A DNA stretch of 63,677 nt, counting the filler, from Octopus bimaculoides (taxonomy: Eukaryota): the NCBI RefSeq assembly GCF_001194135.2. It is 6 parts of 6 records of this genome, joined end to end, with 100 filler letters (N's around TTAATTAATTAA, not from the genome) between each part and the next. Parts side by side here need not be neighbours in the genome. Positions count along the whole stretch, not along the records: positions 15,544 to 46,919 come from NC_068995.1; positions 47,020 to 55,246 come from NC_068987.1; 4 more parts are not named here. One strand, 5' to 3'. Within the stretch, counting starts at the first letter, position 1, and each line of letters starts with the position of its first letter. The position numbers and the translations under genes are program-made. The notes under the pieces were generated by a model. The model saw only the letters and a program-made list of their open reading frames with translations, was not told the origin of the DNA and searched no databases. Positions 40,394 through 51,027 of this stretch are shown in pieces.

Positions 40394-41019
40394 AGTTGTT
40401 TCTTGCACTTGCCGAAAAAATCAAGTTACTATTAATCAATGACTAATGCTGCTTTCTTTTTTTTAGCAACGGGTAATTTTTAATATTTGGTTTCTTTGGT
40501 GCTTGCTGCCTGCATTAAATATGTTAACACTAAATTAACTATAGAGATGAAAGATCGGCATCGATGTTGGTTCGTCTTTGTTCTCAAAACGCTGAAGATT
40601 GACATAAAAAGGCAGCTGTTAAATGGACACAATTATAACAAAAAAAGGAATAAATATGGTTGTTGGTTGGGAGAAAACTTCTGACGTAAGAGCATGTGGC
40701 ATTGATCACTCACGGAACACTGTGGAGTTGTTCTCTTGAAGCAACGTTTGATGTGACCGAAGAAAAATTAAATACGATACAGGACAAACAATACCGCCTA
40801 CAATGCGAATGTCGATTGATCCGTATTGATTTATAAATCGTATACTACCGATCTCGTGATATCGCGTGTTGTTTCGACGTTGAAATGTCCTCTTCAAAAT
40901 GCATGTCTGAGAATGATGACAAAGTGACAAGTGCGAAAGTCTCTCTCTCCCATTTGGTAACTCAGGGCTAGAAGAGGAGAGGATACGTTGATACATATTA
41001 ACATTGTTGTAGTTGTTTA

Positions 41020-41250
41020 TGATGTTGCTGTTTAACCAAAGACCGTCTCTGAACGAAACGATTTAGTATCAAAGACATTACAACCGCGACCATCACGTCT
41101 TTTATTTAAAGACTTAGTTGCATCAAGGATTTCATTAACTCATGCGTCCTTCTTTAGTTTTTAAAAGAGTACCAAGCGATTTCATGGAGATTTGGCTGCT
41201 ATTTTTTCTAGCAGTTTGATTGACTGCATAGAGGCCTCCTTCGTTGGTTT
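41020..41250 (-). mobile_element. Short interspersed repeat, family C
   Basis: GGAGATTTGGCTGCTATTTTTTCTAGCAG is the reverse of the family C core. Confidence 0.6.
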
Positions 41251-41633
41251 ATGTTACCGGAGATGACACAGAAGTTGGCTATGGACATACAAAACAAAAT
41301 ATAGCAAACTCATTTCGAGAAACGAATTTCACTTTAATTGAACTCAAAATCAGGACGTGGAAACTTAATATTCTAATGAGGACTTAAAAGATTTAGAAAT
41401 AAGGGTTGTTTAATTTGGCAGTGAGCTTTAAATCTGTTGAGTGGATAATATTGTCAATTAAATCGACATGCTTAATACATGCCTGGGTAATTATTTCATT
41501 AATATCAGAAAGATGAAAAACATAATAGGCTCTGTGAAGATTTGAACTCGTGAAGTACAGATTATAATAATGTTTTCTTACATTTCCAAGATGTTGTAGA
41601 AAATTTGCAATAGCTTAGTGAAAGACAAAAGGA

Positions 41634-41686
41634 AGGCAGCGAGGTGGCAGAAACGTTAGCACGCCGGTCGAACTGCTTAGCGGTAT
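41634..41686 (+). mobile_element. SINE family B, left half (A box), ending at target-site duplication CGGTAT
   Basis: AGGCAGCGAGGTGGCAGAAACGTTAGCACGCCGGTCGAACTGCTTAGCGGTAT matches the family B head and stops abruptly. Confidence 0.9.
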
Positions 41687-43315
41687 AACTGCTCTGTGAA
41701 TTATTGTGAACACTGTTGTGTTGCTTTGTGAAAAACTGTCTCGGTGAATAATTGTGATTTTTGTGGAATTATTACGGTTGCATTTCACGTGAGCTGCTAC
41801 ATTTCCCCCAGCTATGGCAAGTGGTAGTGTCTCCAGTATGGAGAGCTACGCCAAGGCCACTGCGGCGAGGAAGCCAGTGACGCTAGAAACCAAGTTGATC
41901 AAGTTGGATATGGAGGAGGTGACCAGAAGCAGGAATTTGATAGAAGTTGAGGGAGACTCATACAAATTGTGCCCCCCCCCCAAAAAAAAAGAGACAAAAG
42001 AAAACAAAATTCTGAGGACAGTTGTGTATCGTACACAGGCTGTCGAAACTTGTAAAATTGAAATGGTGACGGAAGAGGAAATCGAGGAGTGCCTGGGTGA
42101 AATTGTGAATGAAGCCACGTACATCAGCAGAGGAAGAAAGTTCGGTACGGTAGAGGTGAGGTTCGCCACTATAGAAGAGGCAACCAAGCATGCGACCAGC
42201 ATTTTAAGAAGTGCAAAAATAGCATTGCTACCAAGTTATAGAAGAAGTGTGAAAATACGTATTCNNNNNNNNNNNNNNNNNNNNNNNNNNNNNNNNNNNN
42301 NNNNNNNNNNNNNNNNNNNNNNNNNNNNNNNNNNNNNNNNNNNNNNNNNNNNNNNNNNNNNNNNNNNNNNNNNNNNNNNNNNNNNNNNNNNNNNNNNNNN
42401 NNNNNNNNNNNNNNNNNNNNNNNNNNNNNNNNNNNNNNNNNNNNNNNNNNNNNNNNNNNNNNNNNNNNNNNNNNNNNNNNNNNNNNNNNNNNNNNNNNNN
42501 NNNNNNNNNNNNNNNNNNNNNNNNNNNNNNNNNNNNNNNNNNNNNNNNNNNNNNNNNNNNNNNNNNNNNNNNNNNNNNNNNNNNNNNNNNNNNNNNNNNN
42601 NNNNNNNNNNNNNNNNNNNNNNNNNNNNNNNNNNNNNNNNNNNNNNNNNNNNNNNNNNNNNNNNNNNNNNNNNNNNNNNNNNNNNNNNNNNNNNNNNNNN
42701 NNNNNNNNNNNNNNNNNNNNNNNNNNNNNNNNNNNNNNNNNNNNNNNNNNNNNNNNNNNNNNNNNNNNNNNNNNNNNNNNNNNNNNNNNNNNNNNNNNNN
42801 NNNNNNNNNNNNNNNNNNNNNNNNNNNNNNNNNNNNNNNNNNNNNNNNNNNNNNNNNNNNNNNNNNNNNNNNNNNNNNNNNNNNNNNNNNNNNNNNNNNN
42901 NNNNNNNNNNNNNNNNNNNNNNNNNNNNNNNNNNNNNNNNNNNNNNNNNNNNNNNNNNNNNNNNNNNNNNNNNNNNNNNNNNNNNNNNNNNNNNNNNNNN
43001 NNNNNNNNNNNNNNNNTGATAAGGACAGAAATAACAATGGTTAATGGGAGAAAGGTAACGCGAGTGTTTGAATATTTTGAGTTATAAAACCGTTAAAATG
43101 TTTACATGACGTTGAACGTAAAAGTGAAAAACTGGATAAATGTAACCACCCGACTTCGGGGATCGAGTGGACATTGCGCCTCATTTTTTTTTCATTCTTG
43201 CATATTATCATTTTATTTTAATTACCCCGATTTTATGTTTGCGTTTTGTACTGACTTTATGTTTTGTGTTGTCTTAAAAATTCTTTGTATAGCCCTTTAT
43301 GGGTAATAAAGAAAT
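41687..43315 (+). mobile_element. Tx1/L1-like non-LTR retroelement inserted into SINE B (5' UTR, ORF1, gap, 3' end AATAAAGAAAT)
   Basis: Flanked by CGGTAT at 41681-41686 and 43316-43321; AATAAA at 43305-43310. The SINE sequence resumes in register after the duplication. Confidence 0.8.
41814..42264 (+). CDS. ORF1 (RRM-like nucleic-acid-binding protein) of the Tx1/L1-like element; continues into the N gap
   Basis: 150 uninterrupted, non-low-complexity codons. N-terminal SYAKA motif and an RRM-like segment (LRTVVY ... EEEIEECL ... GTVEVRFATIEEA) resemble L1/Tx1 ORF1 proteins. Confidence 0.7.
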
Positions 43316-43353
43316 CGGTATTTTGTCTGTCTTTATGTTCTGTGTTCAAATTC
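43316..43353 (+). mobile_element. SINE family B, right-half stub (through the B box)
   Basis: CGGTATTTTGTCTGTCTTTATGTTCTGTGTTCAAATTC continues the consensus from 41686. Confidence 0.88.
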
Positions 43354-43354
43354 A

Positions 43355-43535
43355 TGATCTTAAGATTGTAGTTTCGATTCGTGAACCGGGCGGAACGTTG
43401 TATTCTTAAACAGACACTTCATCTCACGTTGCTCCACGATAGATTAGCGTCCCATCCAGGTGGGATGAGGAGATATATACGCTTCAAATCCGGAAAACCA
43501 GACTTATGAACTTATGGCTCGGGAAGGACCTTTTC
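43355..43535 (+). mobile_element. SINE family D (CORE-like), lacking its 5' start
   Basis: GTTTCGATTC (B-box-like), then GTTGTATTCTTAAACAGACACTTCATCTCACGTTGCTC, similar to 29470-29752. Confidence 0.6.
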
Positions 43536-43902
43536 CTCCTTATTTTAATATATGTATGTATGTATATATATACGTTTGCGCGCGCGCGTGTTTGTGAGTG
43601 TGCGTGTGTATGCGTGTGTGACTGTATAAACTGTTTCAGAGTGTAACTCTATCAACTTCTTTATGCGTATATGTATCTATTTTTTGTGTATGTATGTATA
43701 TGACTGCGTTATTCTATGTATTTGCGTCAGTGTGCATCTGTATATGTAAGTATGTATGTCTGTATATTTAGGTAAGCATGTACGTATGTATGTGTGTGTG
43801 TGTGTGTGTATGCATGTATTATGTATGTCCTTATCCTTCTACATGTGTTTGTGAATGTGCGTGCATGTATGTGTGCGTATATAAATATGACTGTACGTGT
43901 TT

Positions 43903-43947
<45 letters not shown>

Positions 43948-44202
43948 GTTTTAGCTGTTTAAATCTGCCTGCATGTGTATGTGCGTAGCAATCAGAGTAA
44001 TTCCGTTTGTGTCCATGTGTGTATGTGTTTGTGTGTGCTGTGCATATGTGCTTGTCTGTTCGTATATGTATGCATGTGTATGTGTGTATGTGTGTGTCAT
44101 TTGAACTTGAGTTTATTTTGAGACTAATTGCGGTAGATATAGGAAATGTCAATCTGTCAAGAACGCTTAAGTCAGAACGGAACAGCTTCTGCACACACAC
44201 AA

Positions 44203-44235
<33 letters not shown>

Positions 44236-44291
44236 AATATATTACTTCACATGTGTACATAAATGCACATATGTATATATGTATGCATGTA

Positions 44292-44342
<51 letters not shown>

Positions 44343-44574
44343 GTATATCTATATATATATATATGTNNNNNNNNNNNNNNNNNNNNNNNNNNNNNNNNNN
44401 NNNNNNNNNNNNNNNNNNNNNNNNNNNNNNNNNNNNNNNNNNNNNNNNNNNNNNNNNNNNNNNNNNNNNNNNNNNNNNNNNNNNNNNNNNNNNNNNNNNN
44501 NNNNNNNNNNNNNNNNNNNNNNNNNNNNNNNNNNNNNNNNNNNNNNNNNNNNNNNNNNNNNNNNNNNNNNNNNN

Positions 44575-44664
<90 letters not shown>

Positions 44665-44848
44665 TCATAAAGATATACATATATGCGTGTATGTATATAT
44701 ATATACATATATATATATACATACTTACATACATACACACATATATACACACGTACACATACACACAAACATATGTATATACTGTCCTGCAAGTATACAT
44801 GCCTCCATTAATACATACATTCAAACATATTCATGTGTGTGCATCAAT

Positions 44849-44915
<67 letters not shown>

Positions 44916-45234
44916 CATAGATAGAAAGAGGGAGAGAGAGAGAGAGATAACAAGTCTTCAACACATATCCCTACGTGATATCTATAGCAACACTATGTTA
45001 GCATTAATTAAATCAATTTAAACTTCATGAACCAATGGAATCAAGAAGGTTTCGATGCTGAAAAAGCTGTAGCGTAAAACTTCACTGAACGTTAGTGTAG
45101 CCATAGTTAGCTTCTCCCAGTAATTCACAGTAGCATACAGCTATACAGGCGCGCACACATGTGCGTTAAAAGGTGTGTGCTTAGACCAGTGGCGGGGAAA
45201 CCTCTCAATGCAGAACTCTTTGAAAATATCTTGT

Positions 45235-45347
45235 TTCTCAACCACATGGTTCTGAGTTCAGCCTCACTGCATCCTCTCCTACAGCCTCGGGTTCACTAAA
45301 GCGTCGTGAGTGAATTTGATAGACGGAAACTGAAAGAAGCCCGTCGT
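45235..45347 (+). mobile_element. SINE family A, internally deleted head fragment
   Basis: CAACCACATGGTTCTGAGTTCAG ... GACGGAAACTGAAAGAAGCCCGTCG. Confidence 0.75.
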
Positions 45348-46100
45348 GCGAAACGCCTAGTTTAGAATAGAGGCAGCTGATGAAGGAAAAGTTCCATATG
45401 TGGCTTGTCTGTTTTCCTATGTGTTCATTCTGTTGTCCGTAAAAAAAAGTTCGTTTTTTGTACTTTGTATGTTCCCGTTCCTTTTTTGTCCACGTTTTTT
45501 TGACATCCTGTACCCGGATATGCATCTATATATACATGTAGATGTAGGTATGTACATATATGTATGTATATATGCATATGCTCACATATCATTTGTATTA
45601 TATATATNNNNNNNNNNNNNNNNNNNNNNNNNNNNNNNNNNNNNNNNNNNNNNNNNNNNNNNNNNNNNNNNNNNNNNNNNNNNNNNNNNNNNNNNNNNNN
45701 NNNNNNNNNNNNNNNNNNNNNNNNNNNNNNNNNNNNNNNNNNNNNNNNNNNNNNNNNNNNNNNNNNNNNNNNNNNNNNNNNNNNNNNNNNNNNNNNNNNN
45801 NNNNNNNNNNNNNNNNNNNNNNNNNNNNNNNNNNNNNNNNNNNNNNNNNNNNNNNNNNNNNNNNNNNNNNNNNNNNNNNNNNNNNNNNNNNNNNNNNNNN
45901 NNNNNNNNNNNNNNNNNNNNNNNNNNNNNNNNNNNNNNNNNNNNNNNNNNNNNNNNNNNNNNNNNNNNNNNNNNNNNNNNNNNNNNNNNNNNNNNNNNNN
46001 NNNNNNNNNNNNNNNNNNNNNNNNNNNNNNNNNNNNNNNNNNNNNNNNNNNNNNNNNNNNNNNNNNNNNNNNNNNNNNNNNNNNNNNNNNNNNNNNNNNN

Positions 46101-46215
46101 ATTAGACGGCGGCCAGGCTGGGGCACCACGTTGAAATTTTAGTCGAATGAATTGACTCCGGTACATATTTTTTAAGCCTGCTACTTATTTAATCCTCCCT
46201 TTTGCCGAGCCGCTG
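46101..46215 (-). mobile_element. SINE family A, 3' fragment
   Basis: GCGGCCAGGCTGGGGCACCAC ... TTTAGTCGAATGAATTGAC ... TTTGCCGAGCCGCT. Confidence 0.7.
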
Positions 46216-46299
46216 CCTGGAGAGTTTATCAGCCGAAACGTTGTGTTAACAACAAACAAGATGAAGACAAATATCCGTCAATTGTAAATAATGTAAATA

Positions 46300-46875
46300 A
46301 GGAAGATCAGTTTATCATAAACTGTAAAACCTTCAGAGTTTTATTTGCATGCTCCGGTGGTAAAGGCTGTGCCCTATATAGGGACTTTATACACCCTGCG
46401 GGACATTCAAGATCCACATAGTTAAACGCTCCTCGTTGACAACTGTAAGTCGACAAAATGAAAACAAAAAACAAAAAAAACAATAAACACGTGCGCAAGA
46501 ATTGGATACAAGAGGAGGAAAACTCCAAGGAGAGAAAGACTGGACGTTGAGGTAACTTGTATGCTTCGGATAGTGGATACGTGGTGTGTAAGAGGAAAAT
46601 AAGAAACAAGTCATTCCACAATACCTGGATCGAGGTGACACGTGACCAGATAGCTCTGAAGAGCAAAGGCCACTGTAGTAGTGAGAGGAGGAGGGGAAGA
46701 CCGGAGGGGAAGACCGGAGGGCAGAGACAGCACGTCTGTGAGACAAGGGTTGAAGTGTGTTCGTAAGAGAATGGGACATTTCTTGCCAATCAGTCGAGTG
46801 GTCTATCTTTGGATGAAGTCTAGGATGTCTGCGCGTGCAGCAACAGTTTCTTACTGGATGTGGGGACACTACTGC
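46300..46875 (-). mobile_element. 3' end of a CR1-group (Crack/Daphne-like) LINE: RT C-terminus plus 3' UTR
   Basis: Minus ORF 46387-46869 contains LTNTLQPLSHRRAVSAL ... HYYSGLCSSELSGHV, typical of the CR1-group ORF2 tail (L.HRR.V..L.LFYRYY.G.CS.EL). Confidence 0.7.
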
Positions 46876-46877
46876 AA

Positions 46878-46919
<42 letters not shown>

Positions 46920-47045
46920 NNNNNNNNNNNNNNNNNNNNNNNNNNNNNNNNNNNNNNNNNNNNTTAATTAATTAANNNNNNNNNNNNNNNNNNNNNNNNN
47001 NNNNNNNNNNNNNNNNNNNTATATATACATACATACACATATATA

Positions 47046-48114
47046 CAGGGTGTCCCCAAAACATGTATACACACTTGAGCAGCTGATAACTCAATTGATG
47101 TTTTTTCTTTCCAGATGAAACCCATTGGAATTAAAGATGGCTATCAGACTAAGTTTTGAACAAAGGAATTCATTCTAAAATGCTACTGTGAGTGTGAAAG
47201 CACAGTTGAAGTGAAAAGACAGTCTAGGAGGGAGTTTCAAACAGATCCACCAATGCGACTCACCATCACTCGATAAGTTTGAAGCCGATGGAACTGCTCA
47301 GAATGCCCACGAGAAGCATTCCAGAAGACCACGAACATCAACAACCCCCACAAAGCAACAAGGATTGCTGGAAATGTATCACCAAAGTCCAAGAAAATCT
47401 GTATGGCAAGCGAGTCGTGAGGTAAGTATTTCAAAATCGTCTGTCCAACGTTTATTGAAGCGTTGTCAATGGAAAAAGTTACGTTCCAAGATTAGTCCAT
47501 GCTATTAATGACGATGATCCAGACTGAAGAGTGCAGTAGTGCGAGTGGTACTTGACAAGATGTGTAGAAGATGCACACGTTCCAAGAAAGATTGTGTAGA
47601 GTGATGAGGCCACATTCAAGTTAAATAGTTCAATTAACCGCCACAATTGCACCTACCGGGGACTTGAGAATCAGCATGTTATGGTGGTATACCATGTTAA
47701 TTTACCAGGAGTTACAGTGTGGTGTGGTTTATCATCAAGAGGATTAATTGGATCATTCTTTTTTGACGCCACTGTGACTGGTCTCGTTTACTTGAACTTG
47801 CTACAACAGTCTGTCTTGCCAAGCATTAGAGAAGACTTTGAAGATGAGGAGTTTTTATTTTCAGCATGATGGGGTACCCCCACATTATCATCACTATGTT
47901 AGATCCTTCCTTGATGAGATCCTGCCAAACAGGTGGGTTGGATGAAAGGGTTTCGTTGAATACCCTCCACGTTCACCAGACCTCACACCACTAGAATTTT
48001 TTTATGGGAATACCTAAAATACAAACTCTAAGCTATGAAACCTGCAACAGTAGCTGATTTGAGCCATTGAACGAGAATGCACACAAATACCAAACGAATT
48101 GTTTCGTGATGTTT
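47046..48114 (+). mobile_element. Tc1/mariner-superfamily DNA transposon, DD41D (rosa-like) spacing; transposase pseudogene from ATG at 47137
   Basis: TA followed by TIR start CAGGGTGTCCCC. Motifs [23 protein letters not shown] and QHDG ... YPPRSPDLTPL(E)FF are present, with 41 residues between the second and third catalytic positions. Multiple stops and frameshifts; right end lies in the gap. Confidence 0.88.
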
Positions 48115-49049
48115 NNNNNNNNNNNNNNNNNNNNNNNNNNNNNNNNNNNNNNNNNNNNNNNNNNNNNNNNNNNNNNNNNNNNNNNNNNNNNNNNNNNNNN
48201 NNNNNNNNNNNNNNNNNNNNNNNNNNNNNNNNNNNNNNNNNNNNNNNNNNNNNNNNNNNNNNNNNNNNNNNNNNNNNNNNNNNNNNNNNNNNNNNNNNNN
48301 NNNNNNNNNNNNNNNNNNNNNNNNNNNNNNNNNNTGGATGTATGTATGTGTGTGTGTATGTATTTATACACACATACATACATACACATGCACACACATA
48401 TACACGTATGAGATATATATTTATAAACACATATAGATATTCTAAAAATATTTTTACGAGTGTGCGTGTGTAAATATGAAATTAATTATATTTTCTTATG
48501 AATTGATGTATGTGCGCACGTGTCTGTATGTGGCTATGCTTGCTAGCGTATAAATTTTATGTTTGTGCGTGCGTCTGTTTACGTATACACATATCCTTAT
48601 TATGATTTCGGATATATTTTGTGCCTGTTCAGACTGAAATAACATCTAACCTCAATATTGCACCATTTGGTCAGTGTATATAATTATTGGGGTCTATTAC
48701 TTTCGTTCAGTGAAGCAGAAAATTGTTTTGAGAAACATTCTCCAGTACAGGTGGTTTGAAAGAATTCTATCAAGATATTATAGACTGCTCAAATAAGTCA
48801 AGTAGTGGAATATATATAATTTAACGTTAAGGACAAAAAATTCCAACGTTTCGAGTGCTTGACTTTTTCAAAGAAAAATAAAATTATAAAGGTCATACCA
48901 GCAGGCTGTAAAACACAGGCGCATGCTTTCGCTCTCTCTCTCACGAAGAGTTTAACCTGAAACAGGAAAACTTTTCTTCATATTATCAAACATATATGCT
49001 TGACTTATTTGCAGTAGCTTTTTGCCAGCGCGTAATGACATGACTCATT

Positions 49050-50230
49050 TCCCAGGAACCAACCGTTTTGTCATAGATTGTTCAGTCCTGTGAAGTACTT
49101 GTTTGAAAGTTTGAGCGATGCTGGAATAACTAATGTTAACATCGTTGTAGCAGACTGTGATAACGTGTTACTATCTTCGTTTTGCAAATTTGAAAAACTT
49201 TATCATTGTGTCACATAACTTAGAGCAGCTATGATATGAGAACATATAACCAGGCTACAAGAACTGTAACTTCCTTAATATTCTTTTCTACTCTAGGCAC
49301 AAGGCCCGAAATTTTGGGGGAGGGGGCCAGTCGATTATATCGACCCTATTACACAACTGGTACTTAATTTATCGACCTCGAAAGGATGAAAGGCAAAGTC
49401 GACCTCCTTAATACTACTCCACAGTTCTCTTTTCAACAAATCTTGACGAGATATTCATATCTACAGGAAAGCTGATCTCCAAACTTTTGCTTCTTCTTTT
49501 ATAAAACAACTTTTGTATGTGTACCAGAATGTCTTTTTCCATTGAAATGGTTCACCAATATTCCCTGAGTGTTGTAAATAATTTATATAACATCATTATA
49601 TCTAATGAAAACGGAGTAGTTTGAGGACATTTTTGGATAGTAATTAGTCGAGTGCGACATTTTTTCACAGTTGTATGACACAGTTGACATTTTCTATAAC
49701 AACGTAGAAGTCAAGAGACGCACTTATTTCTTTTGTATACCAGGTATTTAGTAACTATTTCCTGTTCCTGGATAGCAAAAGCTTATCCTTCTAGGTGAGA
49801 TGAGATGTATCGATTGCAAATCCAGAAGAGGCTACTCTTTCTGTTAATGCTTTTGCTTTACTCAAGCTAGCAGTATATTATCCACGCATAACTTTCTGCT
49901 GGCGTGATGAGTGCTTCTCCCCAATATTTCTATTTAAGTCAGAGTATTTTCATGGACCAGCGCTACGCCCAGATTACCTGTTTAGGATAAATTTCCGTTC
50001 TTGAATGCACGCGTGACGTACTCATCTTTCTTTACTGTTCAGTAATTGCCGTCTGATTGATTTGAAGTGATATCAAATGTTAGTTGACTTGAGCTTAAGC
50101 ATATGCCTCCATTCCTCCTTTTAACAAATATCCTTTCAGTCTCACTGTTGATGTATTCGTTACCAACTTTTGCTTGTACCGTTATTCTCTTGATGTCCAT
50201 GTTGTGGATCTTCTGAAAGTATCTCCATCG
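49050..50230 (-). pseudogene. Old Dong/R4-like (REL endonuclease) non-LTR retrotransposon remnant, interrupted by a SINE B
   Basis: Minus frames: IFVKRRNGG ... SHLEG*AFAIQEQEIVTKYLVYKR ... KCQLC, homologous to the AAQDQ ... CRMC region of the 52981-54716 element. Confidence 0.6.
49283..49407 (-). mobile_element. SINE family B, 3' part
   Basis: TTTTCTACTCTAGGCACAAGGCCCGAAATTTTGGGG ... AAAGGATGAAAGGCAAAGTCGACCTC. Confidence 0.9.
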
Positions 50231-50353
50231 TTATGTCTCACTGAAGGTAGAAATCAAGTCCGGTGACGATAAGTGTATGTATGTGTATGTATGTGTATGT
50301 ATGTGTATGTATGTATGTATGTATGTGTATGTATGTATGTGTANNNNNNNNNN

Positions 50354-50392
<39 letters not shown>

Positions 50393-50978
50393 CGTGTGTA
50401 TGTGTGTATGTATGTATGTATGTGGATACATATATACATACATGCATACATATAAACAAACGCCCGCACAAAGTTTTTTTTTAATCGAAACTGAACCCGA
50501 GAGTTTGTTTTGCAACTCGAGTCTAACATACTGCGACCTTCAGGCGAGACCTGTTATAACTCAATATTAGTAGTATATTTATATCCTTTGATATGTGAGT
50601 GTTTGTGTGTCTCTGTGCGTGCTTGGGTGTTTGCGTGTGTATGACTGTCGCCTGGTTTAAAGAAAACATCACTACAAATTTAAAACGGGAAGTGCGCATG
50701 CACTCGTAAACATAAACTCTCCCCCCACCCACCCCCAAAAAACACACACACATAGCATCAAGACGTACACCCACTACCTTGGCTTAACTTCAAAAACTCT
50801 ATACACATGTGCCCACGCATATGCATATGAGTGGGCATATGCACACTTTATACAAACACATAAAAGATAAACAACAATATACCATTAAACATTTTACTCA
50901 CTACGCACTCATACTCACACAACCATACATACACACACACAAAGACACACACAAAGACACACAGAAATACACACAGAA

Positions 50979-51027
<49 letters not shown>

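Noticed and set aside
40706-40996. 96-aa minus-strand ORF of normal composition
   Set aside because: No recognisable family motifs. It overlaps a decayed hammerhead-like motif and is probably a TE-derived non-coding remnant.
45345-45395. GAAAC ... CTGATGA motif pair suggesting a permuted hammerhead
   Set aside because: No NUH cleavage triplet or stem I between the motifs, and no stem II partner.
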